Both the position numbers and the translations under genes were made by a program. The notes beneath the pieces were generated by a model. It was given only the letters and a program-made list of their open reading frames with translations, did no database searches and was not told where the DNA came from. This document shows, piece by piece, positions 31,601 to 43,110 of a stretch of DNA of 64,000 nt (the first letter of the stretch is position 1; each line of letters begins with the position of its first letter). Origin of the DNA: Amoebophrya sp. A120 (lineage: Eukaryota; Protista; Dinoflagellata); the NCBI GenBank assembly GCA_905178155.1, contig CAJINV010000001.1, forward strand, positions 14,694,142 through 14,758,141, in the 5' to 3' direction.

Positions 31601-32555
31601 TGGCAAAACTCCGGTGATACCCGATCGCAAAACAGAACTGTTTTTCTTCGTCGGCGGCGGTTGTAGATATCGTCGCTGCGTAAGAACTACTCTTCAAGAA
31701 CTCGCCACTCTTCGCGGTAGAAGATACCGTTCGAAAATTCAGCAGAACCAGTCCCTCCCCCGGCCGGATCCGTGGCCACTTTGGGTGGTCCAAAACCATC
31801 CTGGGCGGCAGGGAGCTCAAGCGCGTGGAAAGACACTGGCCAGAGAACGGCAAGCCGAACAGTGTCGTGCCCGGGCGGATGGGCCGGTCGACGATGCTCT
31901 CCGGATCCCCGCACACGTACAGGTCCAGCCCGTTCGCCCGCAGAATGTTGGTAGGCGTTGCGTGGTGCTCCACGAAGTTCTTCACCAGCTGCTTCCAGTG
32001 GATGTTGGCATTCACATGGGAGGAGTTACACGAATTGCCAGGCACCGGAACGCACAAGTGCAGCGTGTAGGCGCAGTGTTGCCACACCTGGTGCTCCTCC
32101 TCCTTCGCGAGTTTGACTATTTGTAAAAACCGGCCGAGAGACCTAACGTCCAGCCAGAGGGCAATCCGTGCCCACACGTGCCCCATCAGCAGGTCCGCAC
32201 TGCTACTGGTCGTTTCCGTTTTCTCGAGAAGCGCGTGGTGCTGTGCTGCTTCGGATGCGTCGCCAGCAAACGTGCTCGACGCATGGAGATTGTGAGACAT
32301 GTTGTTGAATAAGCTTCCCATGGGCGCACTCACACCCATTAAATCTTCGCAATTTTTCAGGGACAGCTCGCCAAAAGGTTTGTGCGTCGTCCGTTGCGGC
32401 TGCTGGACGAGGAGAGATTGCTGTATCAAGCCCCCTGGTGATGTGGCGGACGACATGTTGGTGACCAGAGGGCGGCGGTCCGAAGGCAAACCGGCTTTTG
32501 TTCGGGCGGACGATGGCGTCCCACCTCCGGGGCCACCAGAAGAACTAGAGGACAT
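25647..32555 (-). CDS. 2302-aa protein: N-terminal F-box-like motif, long disordered Ser-rich linker, C-terminal WD40 domain of DHU1/DWD type
   Basis: F-box-like LLMGHVWARIALWLDVRSLGRFLQIVK...VWQ. WD40 with ARQFEFAP, HEHFINISRFA, VATASFDSTCKLWDLR (WDxR box), NVMCAFSPDDRYLL and YRRSVY, resembling plant DHU1 as I recall it. Confidence 0.85.
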   Translation of the reverse strand: MSSSSSGGPGGGTPSSARTKAGLPSDRRPLVTNMSSATSPGGLIQQSLLVQQPQRTTHKPFGELSLKNCEDLMGVSAPMGSLFNNMSHNLHASSTFAGDASEAAQHHALLEKTETTSSSADLLMGHVWARIALWLDVRSLGRFLQIVKLAKEEEHQVWQHCAYTLHLCVPVPGNSCNSSHVNANIHWKQLVKNFVEHHATPTNILRANGLDLYVCGDPESIVDRPIRPGTTLFGLPFSGQCLSTRLSSLPPRMVLDHPKWPRIRPGEGLVLLNFRTVSSTAKSGEFLKSSSYAATISTTAADEEKQFCFAIGYHRSFATLIHKISELCGVSEVRGFHDDLTAPLRSLFWCAVEELTLTQFQSDTHATSCAGAVERQKTGQSSVSVAAEQSSSSSSENCASTSGSNINAKMPGRSGKSSSRNQNKHNRGTSTSSRPAELTRAPRPRVTGDLAPRRRSVLESAFWWDPETDTGCFWTADLLYSPKSCASGNGHATFDSDREKTSAAGEGEPFFMVDQEIEGAEAEDAKANFFDETAVGEQHREDQLGGSVRVAGALQFSPEARRDHSGANIDAATRAAKTPVTPTQQNNSFDFRTAVSSDCKPQQRGAIESDNDAGTPSSSSSCGSSCVAQEDDFYASATSSSLELFQDATHEKKNTLENARTGSDLLHNKPLAASQKFSEKQYVEVPATSPERVLGTTTAPGVFLPDPRPMFSAGSPAPNVSATAGDHHVNNDSASHNFLAFSPDNGSISSAISSIARVSPMEQLNSNSDSLAAMDALVNASLLAQGNEEPPVRTSKVRTNDRRDEASSEGLLAVPKETGVEEDEQQRETKAGAELAEAGEKSDSPLFFDSENPATFATYSGRDPTTAPSRSRSQSLVTEEVLIVPASGSSDGIAPTSSQITGTNELAQRPGDPAVQEQAPASATSAASSSTNVVGVPEDEPFVNTNTTRNDREQSPRTSTTADPYYEAQLRRLTRTRNAATLSVLLREAPELAEHLHSISDEDLTRLLDMIHATTASPSRRSRPDLSPRAGSTSPQETASSTNSNRFVSSSSRRGERGGEATASRSAATGRRGNDDGEEVFPASSSSARDGEGEPRTRGRAGPSQEALDQMLTGSVDSPLSESLEEPDAIDSDPYGRGRNPFGAAGSNSISESSVEEEFVQKTVTYCGTGTSSSAASGTNKSNSSSSSSSSSCSSSSSSSSAVLTDSTHGHGPPVDETTAGLPEKASVTATSKNAHGVENSKKAVANYSTEEQQEVHGGLGPTSSTATSGTTRCGTTTLTSAASSSILASEGADFSHASSTALAVSDENDRGNVNEIFPITPPGPPRVGCASSSSSPIDRKMSKKDSVRPCSSSATTSAAAVPVRRRCEGSSSSLIIDEIANTASSPVKRFSTSIPITYSWTPKNVESIASRGAHQPHSVYHYASPVAERATTGGSLFDDRFSPARSQVPVLSSREREGDQQPQLVLEGLPLEAQQEVGRQEVDLGARDEATLLQETRRTRQRLILPLPSDAATSSSSHTTPAAPADNVHAVPAEHESPPPSPVQRSRTRLTAAAKSKKIFIDTRDQPDRDHTDDARFLASPIALPPPVPVRVLEATKQARQFEFAPFAPDRLMLVGDKHGHASVVDIVKDKKVGTSVFIDANPLLGLSWLPLFPNRALIGAAHSGSVCMIQRDVETNNLQKLHLYQPFMQLSSLSANATNDYFVASGFAHELGVFDVNRNFPIKIINGAHEHFINISRFAHTHPHLVATASFDSTCKLWDLRQQRSNRPCCTWHTGGLNVMCAFSPDDRYLLASGVDTRVLQYEIAQPDRTPNRFAGILRKPSYATRYRRSVYFANSKCFVTGATDEGHVHVLGVMGENYGKIRVTNDAIAAQYFPKPTAANVRGGGAGSSLSVVPQSPAARRAGQSPVFSPALNVLPLRRHDDERLEDAESNEEDRHLDVLDEDADENARSADVVRTENYYETTDTYPLLEEDEGPSSYATRREQGVISSASQPSPMMPTESADPRMRSRAAEVLLQTPTYLAATRRTRSNWTTSSSEGDPMANLQTGVLQQEEQLHSGGAARIYSRSRAAALARQQSSGGASYNEDDDAIGPPAPALGSAVIGQPTSAEDDESSPGGRYAETGRAIPRRGGGATRTGFDTSAYGRPFSGRRTNSNNSSPGAVSSRSLTRPLHDYASRRASPATLHQQNESRLYSDRGERDAQTRQQDTPANAPADPYVQSVRTHPVRSNIFAVLLAGHPPRADSYIALCERPVHSRNSLARRRSQELLLGSCVSSSSFGARSPASRHVVLNLDDIPEDK

Positions 32556-33508
32556 CTTCGCTATTTCTGTGAACTAATCAGTCCGCCATGTGGTCCTAAC
32601 AACGTGACCGACAAGAAGCTGGAAATGCTATCTGTACCTTTCTGGATAAAAAGCAACACTGACTTTTATCGGCCTCGGGCTTTTTACTTCCAAACAATAT
32701 TGATGACATTGGCGTCTTTGCCTTGTACAAAAATTGATTCCCATCAGTACCCAAAAATAGAGGCAAAAAGTTTTATGCAACCCAATATCGATGCACCCGA
32801 AGACGAAAAACTACGATCACGACGAAAAAAAGCTCTAAACACGCGCCGCAGGTGGAGCAACACCTGGCCCCGATGACTTTCACCCATCCTTCAAAAACAA
32901 AATGCGATGGCGATCTATCATGTGAAATAAGTACGACCGAAATCAAAAGAAGTACAACAGATTGTCTTAAACACGAAATTATCAGTCATACGAAGTGCTG
33001 GAACGAAAGAGAGAACGATGTATGAACCTGGTGAATGACAAGTTCTTTCAGCAGTAAATTAGAGTGGTTCTGCTTCTGCCAGTGCCAAGCTCCATACAGC
33101 ATATTAGAGCTCACGAACTCACAATCACAGCCAGCGTACATGTGGTCGTTCTAAAGTTACTTCAGTACTACAAGGAGCTACATGGGGACATTTCACCCCC
33201 AACGTTGTGGCTGAATAGACAGGAAACAAGATGATGAAAGCAATTGATTCGTACAAGATAACTTGAAAGAGAGAAACAGGAAAGTTGTAAAACAATCACT
33301 GAGGGTGACGTTTCACGCTCCACGTCCATCAAAGTTACAGTTCACATCTTGGCACTAAATTCAAAAACTTCGTGCTATAATTTGAGCAGGTTGCTACAGG
33401 TGGAGGAACAAAGGAATAGGCGACGTAGAAGTGCGAGGCGCCTGGCTCTCAGGCACGTCGATACTGCTCGACGTTCATTCTTGCTGGAGATATTTTCCCC
33501 TGCGGGAC

Positions 33509-36500
33509 CTACAGGGGACGCCCGAACAAAACATTGTCGCTGGAGCTGTATTTCCTTCGTACATCTTTCCGCAGCATGTGCACGGCATTGAGATTCGAAA
33601 CCGTGCGCGCCGCAGTGCGAAGGAAGCCGGTTTTTTGCGAAGCCACCTCACGCTCTGAGAATCCGGACGCCGCCGCCAAAATTGTTTGTTGATCCGCTAG
33701 CGTTTCCAGGCGGTCAGCGCTCCAATGCTCTGTTGATGTTATCGAGTTGTCGGTATTGATTTTTACTTTTGTCTTTTCTTCAGCCAGAGACACCATCGAT
33801 TCCAGATCCGGAAAAGTCGGTAATATGCTTTTCTTTTTCAGGATCTAGATCTAGATCTCATCTACTGCGAGGACGTCAAAATTTTCTTTATAAATTCACA
33901 AGAGCCGGTACTTACTTGCAATCACCCGCTCCAAGTTATCGGGCTCCCGAAGATGGTGTCGCGTCAAGTTGTTCCGTCTCCGTGCCTGCGAGCCAGTACC
34001 TTGCTCGTCGCCTCGCCCGTCTCCGTGATCCTCCTCTTCCTGTAGTTCTACAGCCGCGCCGCGTCTTCCTGCTTTTTTTTCCCGTGCCAAGGCAAATGGT
34101 GGTGCAGGCGGAGGACCTAACCGCAGTCGCTCGGTCTGGTGATTATAGTTTGCGATCCCGCTATCGTTCTGCCGTTCGTCCAACGTGCCGTCCTCTACTT
34201 CGCGAAAAGATGAAGATGCAGAAGAGCCGGATAGCCCGCCACCTGCTCCGACTGATGTAGACACGGAATCGTCCTGGGAGCTGCTTTTGTTCTGCGGCGG
34301 TCGGCTAACACTATCAGAGCCGCCGCGCGCTGCCGCCCGCCTCACAGCCTCCTTCTGCGCCGCTGCGGCGAGCGCCTTGGCCCGCGAAGAGCGTCGTTTC
34401 TTCGCAGATATCGCAATCAGGTCTTCTACGGTTGTGGTCTCGTCCTCTGCAAGAATCGGCAATTCGATGCCGTGTCTGTCGTTAGCCACTTTGGATTTCG
34501 ACGCCGCTTTCTTTCGCTCTGCCTCTTTCATGCTGTCAAGGTGAAACTTTCCGCCGAAAAAACTGAGCGTCGTAGCGCCGGTCGTGATTGATCCGCCAGA
34601 CTTCGATTTGGTCTTACTCTTCGACGGCTGGAGCTGCTGTTCCGGTAGAGTATTGCTTTTGCTGTGCTCCCCTGCGGTGGCGGTGCTGGCATTTAGTCCA
34701 GTTGGTGCAGCGCTAGAAGCTGAGGATGATTTGTTCTTACTTTGCTTGTTACTCGCAGCAGTCGACCCGGATTTGGAGCTTGTTTTCTTCTCTGCTTTCT
34801 CTTTATCCTTCCCTTTGTCTTTCGCTCTTGGAGACAGCGCCGCCTGGTAATCCTTCATGCTCTTCGCGCCGGCTAAATTCCTTGCGATTTCCGAGAGCGG
34901 CGGCGGTGCGAGACGAGACGCGGCCGCATCTACGTCAATGTAGGAGGAAAATGAAGGGTCTAGGTAGCTCGGTCCCACGGACGTACTAACAGGCTTAGAG
35001 GGAGGTCCACCTGGAGGGCCGACTTTGCTGCTACTTGTATTTCCTCCAACCGCGGCAGCAGCGCGGCCGCTGCTGTTCGGCCCTTGGTATTTTATTGGAT
35101 CAGAAGACAGGCTTAGTGCTTGTTCGCTTTTCCACTGATGTTCTTTGGAAGGTGGAGTCGTCAGTACGCGCCGCTTTCTTCGCTTTCGCCACAGCCTCTC
35201 GCGTGCCAGCCGTGCCTTGGACAGCTCCTGTTCCTGTTTTTTCGTGTCCACAAAAGAAGTGTGCGCAATCGCAAACTCCTCCCCGATCTCGTTGTAATCT
35301 CCGCCCGTTGCCGTCCCGCCATTTCGGTGTGTCGGCGAAAAGCTTGCTTGCCAGCGCAGCGTGGCGTGCGGAATGGAGGCCCCCAGCCATGTGTGTGGCA
35401 CCGAAGTCAATGCGTTCGCGCTCAAAGATTGCTGGATGCTGGAACCAGTGGCGAAGTAGGGCGAGGAACCTGTACTAGTTTTTGGTGTATGCAACTTCAT
35501 CAGAAGCGGCGATAAATCATCTTCTCCCACTCTCAAAGTCAAACACATTTCAATAAACATATCTTGTGAGCCATGTGGGCGACACAGCCTTGGTAAAAAT
35601 TGAAAAATAACGTAATAAAAGAATACCTGAGAAATGCGGACTGCAAAAACCGGTGGTGTGATCTGCGTACGGCGAGAAACTCACGTCCCCCGCCCGTGGT
35701 CGACTTCGCTTGCTTTTTTTACCCGAGGGAGACAACGCGGAAAAAGGGGACGAGGCCGGGAAACTTGACGCATCTCCACTTGCGGCTGCGACACTGTCCC
35801 CCGCCGCTCTTGGATTTGAGGGGACAAATCCATGCTGCGGAGTAGTTTCATCATGACCTGCACCTGTGGGAAACACCTGCGCAGCTTCTTCTGGACCTCC
35901 GACACCAGCGCTTACAGCGCTTGTGAAGGGGAGGGCGTCCTCCTCTCCCTCAGCTCCTTCGTCCACTACTAAGCGAATTTTGTCCTGGTGAGACTTTGCC
36001 GCCCGCTTGGAGGATATCTTGTTCAGGTACACCAAGCGCTTGCGCAACACCGACACGCAGGCTTTCACCGAGGACTCCTCCGCCTCCGTGAGCGTGGTTG
36101 TTGCAGTTGTAGAAGCACCCTCCTCCCTACTTGTTACCTCAGTTTTTTTAACAGAAGAAGTACGAACCATGTCTACTTCATTCTCGCCCGCTTCCTCGCC
36201 TTCTGCGTCGGGCTGCACGACCGCGATTCTCCCTTCCCCGCGGTCGATGGCCCGCTGGACCAATGCCCGGGAGTAAATCTTTTTCGCGAGCAGGGAACAA
36301 ATGTTCACGTCCGGGTAGGACACGCAGTAGTCCAAGACGGACTGCTGCTCCGGATAGGGATCGTAATCGTCGTGCGGTGGCGGGTAGATCTCCTGCTGCT
36401 CCTGCTCCCGGACCCGTGGACTCGACGGGCTTCTCAGAGACGGTGCGTTCTTAGTCGTCCCTCCAGCGTGATTATTGTCCTTGGATGAAAGCAGACCTCC

Positions 36501-37250
36501 GACCGAAGCAGTAGAAGATGCAGCTCCCCCCGCGGCCAGCTTGGCCGAGAGCTCTCGCGACTCCGGATGCAGCCACAGGCTGGCGGGGGATTTTTTCGTG
36601 TCCGCGGGGAAGAGATGGGCGAGAATGGCTTCGACCCGCGCGACGTCCTTCTCCACAATGGCGTTGAAGATCTCTTGCCGCAGGCGGCGCACCAGGTGGT
36701 ACTGCTTACCGCTGGGATCCACGCACTCGCAGGTGGACGCGACGCTCTGGTAAAAGGCTTCATCGTGCTCATTCCGGTTGGTCTCCAGATGCGCCAGCTC
36801 GTGACAGAAGGTGGCCAGGAGCTCGGGAAAAGGGAGGAAGCGGAGGTAGTCCGTGGGTCCAGAGCCCGAGCGGCGCAGCTTGATGGAGATTACGGCCCCG
36901 TGGGTTGTTGCGGCATGGTACCGCTTCTCCTCCTCGTCCTCGATGAGCGCGCTGCTGCTGCGCTGCTGGCCGCTCCGCTTGTTCGTCCGCTTGTTGCCAT
37001 TTTTCCCCCGAACTCCGCTTTTCGACGTGTCCAGCGATGCGTGCACACAATACCCGAGATTCTCACTGTCGTGGGGCAGTTCCTCTAGAACACTCGGACG
37101 GGCGGACACGCGCGGCAGAGCCAGCACGAACGACTTTAGCCTGTCGAGCAAAGCCAACGCATCTGCTTGATTTTCGTACTCCGTGCAAACCTCGCAGAAA
37201 ATCAGTTTTCCTCCCGAAGCCTTCCCACCATCGCCGCGGATGCGAGTCAT
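33509..37250 (-). CDS. WLM (Wss1-like) zinc metalloprotease domain protein with an ankyrin-like segment and long low-complexity C-terminus; probably 3 exons
   Basis: ISIKLRR...FLPFPELLATFCHELAH...EHDEAFY is the WLM HExxH signature with a downstream third His. ORFs 35550-37268, 33896-35560 and 33509-33796 are colinear, but exact junctions are uncertain. Confidence 0.72.
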
Positions 37251-38360
37251 CGAAAAAAAAAACGACAATTTTAATTTGTGCCTGCAGCAGCTCCCTTTAA
37301 AAACGTGGAATTATCGGTATGACCAGCTTTGTAAAACTTGTTTGTTGCTTTAGGCCGATGCAGCTACCAAACACAATTCGGTGTTGCTCAGCATCCTTCT
37401 TGCTCGCAACATTCGATGAAAAAAAATTCCGCTGAAGGTGAAGCAGAACCTGCGAGCGAAATAGCGTCATAATCGACGACGTTTATTTAAAAAATCCCCG
37501 CTAGACCTACTTAAACAGCTAGTAGTGAAAACTTACTAGTTCTAACTAAAGTTGGACGCACATTGTGAAAAAAAAACACAGTGCTACAGCTACAACAATC
37601 CTTTATTTGGGTTTTTTATTTGATCTGATCACGGTCGCAAATTACGCCTGCTGAAAACTCAAAGCGAAAAAGATAACGATCGTCCAACGAAGTCAAGCTG
37701 AAACTGATCAAAAGCGACATAGCTTCGACTTCCGCGAATTCGCCCTGAAAATACGAAACGACAATATGCTGAATGATCTTGTCACACCCACTTCTTGAGC
37801 TTCGACGTGGGCATACATACATGAATCTTTTGTGCATTCCGATTCCGATTGCATGCGCAGGCCGAGGAGCACCGATTTCGGCACGACATCTTCCGACCAG
37901 ATCCCTGACAAGCACGAGAAAGAGCAACCGAATTCTTCCGGAGACATGCCAAAGTCTTCCGGAGACTTGCCAATTGATGTAGACCAAGCGACTTCTGTTC
38001 CTACGACTGCAAATGAAGATGAACCCTGCAAAGAGCGACAGCGATGTAAACAACAAAAAGGCGAAAAAACTGCAACCAAGAAGTTCGACGTCGAGCGATA
38101 GCGAACAAAGAAATTACTTAAAAAGGCTCGAGCGAACATATTTGATGCAGTTTCATGGTTTTCTCGTTCACCTTATCCCACTTGTCACCATTGACTCACG
38201 CCGTATAGATGATGGCGCACTACTAGGTGGGCGGGCGCGGCCCCATCAAGACGCGACACGCACTGAACTCTCATGAGGGCATAAAAAAGTGTCGCTCTTG
38301 TAATGACTGGCTTTCTTTGTGCTCAAGCTGTTTATGGCATCTACATTATCTCAAAAATGA

Positions 38361-39767
38361 CTAACCACCTGCCAGGCCTTGGTCCGTGACCATGGACATT
38401 CGGGTGACGAGGCAATCCAATTGAATGGCGCTTCTGCAGCCCAGGACCGCGTTGCAATTTGCGTCCGCGAGGAGGCGGAGGAACTCCAATTTCTGGAATT
38501 CCGGGCAGTCGTAGCTTTTGATACACCTCCCCAACACTTGCAACACGTGTTCGATCGCGTAGCCCTTCTCCACCAGGGTGTTCTGTCGTGAAAATTGAAA
38601 CATTACCATTAGTCAATAGCAGCTGCGCTTTAATACGTATTCAAATTCGCACATCGTGGCTGCAAGAAATGAATTAATGAAGAACGCGCAGCAACAGCGA
38701 CCACACCATCACCAACTGGGATGTGGTTCTTGCAGTAGAAGTTCTATTCAGAACAATACCAGTTTCGAGAAGGCTATGTCGGGCCGCTGCTTGATGACGC
38801 ACTGCAGGCTCTGGTTCACCACGACCGGGTTTGGCACATCGCACACTCTGTAGACGTTCTCGCGGTTCACAAGCCCGAAACCCGCGTGCGCAGACTGCAG
38901 CCCGTTGATGCCGATCCGCAAATCCCCGTTGGCTATGAAGCTCAAGGCCTTTACACCATCGTCGGTGCATTCCACCTTCTCCAAGGCGATGATCTTTCTC
39001 AGCCGCGCCTCCACCTCGCTCTCTTTTACCTTGCCAAACCGCAAGATCGCGCAACGAGACTGCAAGGCTTCTATCACCTGCGGTCAGGATAATGATAGCA
39101 TCGTCGAACATTTTTCTGAAATTCTATGCGTATGCATATCGTTATCATAAAAACTAGATGCTGCACTTGTTACTTATTACGTCAACCGGCACATTTTTCG
39201 GGTAGATCACTGGAGTGACCACGACTCAGTCCTATTTTCAGAACGCATTTCTCAACAGCCGGCCTGATCCCAATAAAGTACCTTGCTGCTGATGTTGCAG
39301 GCGAGCGCAAACTTGGTGTGCATGCCGTACTCCTCCATGATGACGCGCAGCGCCTGCTGTGCCGACGTCGTCATACTGTCGACCTCGTCTAGGATCACGA
39401 TCTTGGAGCAGCCGGGCGGCAGGTTGTTGTATTTCGTGCGTGCAAAACTGTGGATGGTGTCTCGCACGACGTCGATGCCTCGCTCGTCACTCGCATTCAT
39501 TTCCAGCACTGCGGTTTTGTACATTTCCTCCCCGAGCGTCTGCTTCGCGAGCGCGTGGATGCAGGTCGTCTTGCCCACACCCGGCGGCCCGCACAGCATA
39601 AAATTTGTCATCCGCGACGGGTCGCGCCGGATCACGTCGAGTTGGTGGATGAAATCTTGATTTCCCACAATGTCGTCGAGGGTCTGCGGCCGGTGCTTCT
39701 CAAGCCAAATCGTGTTCATCGAGGCAGTAGAACTCGAAGCAGAGGAACTGCTCGAGGTGGCCATCAT
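38361..39767 (-). CDS. RFC2: Replication factor C small subunit (human RFC2 / yeast Rfc4 type); exons 39767-39282, 39077-38760, 38582-38361; 341 aa
   Basis: WLEKHRP, Walker A GPPGVGKTT, LEMNASDERGIDVVR, Walker B ILDEVDSMT, AQQALR, FALACN and the SRC motif LQSRC. GT-AG introns 39078-39281 and 38583-38759 are in frame. Confidence 0.93.
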
Positions 39768-40618
39768 GATGTCAGTCTGCTTCTTTCTAGAGGCTGTAAT
39801 TTTTTTGGATTTCTAAGGCAGAAAGCTAGAGAAACTGCTTGTTCGCAAAACGCATGCTAGGACTACTGCAGCGGGTCGCTTTGGTTGCGAAATCAGACCT
39901 GAAGATCGTTGTATTTTTACTATCATCTCGTTCACCAGCCAAAGCAATTTTTCATATCACGAGAAGCTGACAAAGCGACTGGAACAGGTCCGAACTGGAC
40001 CTCTGACCACGTCAAAAATTGGTGCAGCCGCAACTATGTATCAACTGCGTTGTGATCTTCAAAAACAGTATAGAGATCTCAACAAACGCCATGATCTTTC
40101 CACCTGAGAAAAATGTGAGAATGCATGATGCAGCAGAGGAGGAACGACTGCTCGCATGACCTCCTCCAGGCCACAAAGATACGTTCCCGTGACAAGACTT
40201 CGCCACAGCCATACTAGAAGTCAAAGTGTTGTTTTCCAATCAAAAGGGAGACTTTCCTGCAAAATGAAACTTTGATTACACGTGCATGTCGGCGATGTTG
40301 GGCTTCTGGGATTTACTATGCGGTGGATTCATGATCACGCACAGCTAGTCTAAGTTAGCAAAGACAAAGACTTGTGCGTCCCACCTCCACGACGACGAGT
40401 GTAAATGTTTTTCTTTTTTTTATTTTCTCTACGCAACATTATTGCACCTTTATCTCTAAACAAGTCTTTCTCTTCGAGGCCTCCGCGGCGAGGCCACACT
40501 CGAGGAATCCTTACAGGAGGAGGCTCCTGCTCCTCTTCGTTTTTGTGTTCGTTGCGCGATACTACAGCTACAGCTTGCTCTTTCGAGAACTGTCATCGCT
40601 TGATGCTGCTTCTAGCCC

Positions 40619-42174
40619 TTACTCCGTTGCGGTGCTAGTTTTTCGTTTCTTTGCTGCGGCGACATTCTTTTCGCCGACCGTGTCGACCTTCTGTGCCTCC
40701 GTGAACACGGGGTTCAGCTGCTGCGTCACGCGGATAAACGTGGTGCGGCGGGCCAGTTCCCGCAGTTCCCGTGCGCCCACGTAGGTGCAGCTGGACCGAA
40801 TGCCACCCAGGATGTCCTTGATGGTTTCTGCCACGGGTCCTCGGTAGGGCACCCGCACCGTTTTCCCCTCCGAGGACCGGTACTCCGCCACGCCGCCGGC
40901 GTGCTTCTGCATCGCGGTGTCCGAGCTCATGCCGTAGAAAATCTTTTCGAACTTGCCCGGACTGCTCTCCACCATCTCCCCGCCACTCTCGTCGTGGCCC
41001 GCCAGCATGCCCCCCAGCATCACAAAGTCCGCGCCAGCCCCAAACGCCTTAGACAGATCCCCCGGGCACGTGCAACCGCCGTCGCTGACGATGCGGCCGC
41101 CCAGTCCGTGCGCGGCGTCCGCGCACTCAATCACGGCGGACAGCTGGGGGTAGCCCACACCGGTCTGCTTGCGGGTTGTGCACACCGAGCCCGGGCCGAT
41201 GCCCACCTTCACGATGTCGGCCCCAGACAGGATCAATTCTTCAGTCATCTCCTGTGTCACCACGTTGCCCGCAATAATCACGTGCTTCGGGTACCTCATG
41301 AATATTACTTGGGAAATGTTTTCTGCTTTCTCGTTTGCGGTGCAGCTTGGCAGTGGGAAATAAACCGCTACAAGTTGAACTACTGAAAAGAACCAACTAC
41401 TCGATCCACAGTGTCGGTTTCATCATACAACAGCGTAATGTTCTTGGTTTCGTAGTATGTAGAAATGTGTAGGCAAATATCAGTGAGCATCAGCATCAAC
41501 TGTTCACGTGAAACATCATAACTCGTCATTATCATCATCTTCGTTCGGCTCTATACTTTTTTCTCGTTGTCCGGATGAAGTTCACGAACGGCTCCGCGTA
41601 CCCGTTCGCAACATCGATGCACACAAAGGAAATCTGCGGGACCGCCTTGAGAATCGAGTCCAGCTTTTCCATGTCCTTGGCTCCTATACCAGTGGAGGCA
41701 GCGATATGCGCGAGAAACTCGGGCGCCTTCCCTTTGGCGAAGGATTTCCTGTGATCGAAGAAGGAGATTTGTTTTTTTTTTTTGCTTTTCTCGGAGCTGC
41801 GACTACGACGGTACAAACGACTTCACAACACCAGCAGGTTGTCGCGGTGGTGGTGCCAGAAAAGTAGAGTACAACTACAGTGAGAAAAAATGCGAAGAGC
41901 GGTGCTCGAGCGTCTTCTACCACTGTTCCACGGAGTAGTGCTTGTGTACAGCAGTGACGATTTTCCTGGGCGCTAGCACCCCTGCCATTTCGAAGGTCCC
42001 CACCGTGTCCATATTGGCGGCCATGATGGGTATCCCCGACCACGTGGTCTTTGCATTCTTGAAGGTAAACTCCCGTTCGACGGAGACCTCGCTTCGGGAG
42101 CTGAGAAAGCTGCGCTTCGGACGGATCAGCACGTCCTTGAAGTCCAGTTTTGTTTCCGTCTCTATCGTCGGCAT
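40619..42174 (-). CDS. GMPR: GMP reductase (type 1 GuaC); exons 42174-41921, 41748-41557, 41294-40619; 373 aa
   Basis: [78 protein letters not shown] introns are in frame. Confidence 0.96.
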
Positions 42175-43110
42175 CTTCTTGTTCGCCGCTGAGACAAACG
42201 AAGAAGAACAGAATGGAACTGGAAGAAGGCGTAGGAAGCACAGAGCAATGATCTAAATAACTCCTTTTCCTTACACTGATGCCCTTGCGCACGAGGACGG
42301 GCTCTTAGCTATTATCGAATACTTAGCCAACCGGTCGGGGCCCGAAAAACGAAAGACACGAAACAACAAGTTCAGACGAACGACACGCAACACAAGACGC
42401 GGGCACCACAAGGCGAAGGCCTCTTACTCTTTTGCTTTTGTGTGAACCAAGACACGGATCGAGATGAAAGCAGACCTCAGATGAGACTAGGCGCTGGAGG
42501 ACCGCTAGACAGATCTGTTCGTGGAGCGCGACCGTCATCAACTGCGGTGAAGATCATCGTCACTAATATCAATCTACGACGGCTCAATTTGATGGAATGG
42601 ATCTTCTCTTAAACACAGCGACGTGTTTTTGACATTCAACCCGATACCCCTTAAGGAGGTATTCTTGAACAGAAACGTTTGCTCCCGATCGGTTTGTTGG
42701 CGGTTTTCCACCACTTCGCGCCCACGGACGAAACTTTTTTTCGAAAAGAAACCAAGCGCAGTGCTTATGCTAGAAAAGCTGCTCGTCGCACGAAACAGAT
42801 GAAAAGTTCTCAGTTCTTCAAAAGCACGGGTATTCATTATGCACCAGCCACGAGATCTAGTACAGACAAACGAGAAACTAGTGAGGGCTCAAGTCTGAAA
42901 ATTCTTACATGGGCAACTACACGGGTATGCACATTTATTTTGGATAGGATTTCTTAGTTACAACTCAGGTAAGAGCGTTATCTTCGACCATCGACAACAT
43001 TTACATTCATCTACTGGTACACGTAAGAAGGCAATTCTCTATCATGTGAGTAGTTCTCAAGTGTAGTACAGCAGGTGGGTAGCATGGGGCGTTCGTTGTG
43101 TGCTTCAAAA

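Noticed and set aside
37512-38334. 9-bp inverted repeat TAAACAGCT / AGCTGTTTA around an intergenic segment containing a small plus-strand ORF (37832-38101)
   Set aside because: Too short to exceed chance, no TSD, and the ORF has no recognisable features.
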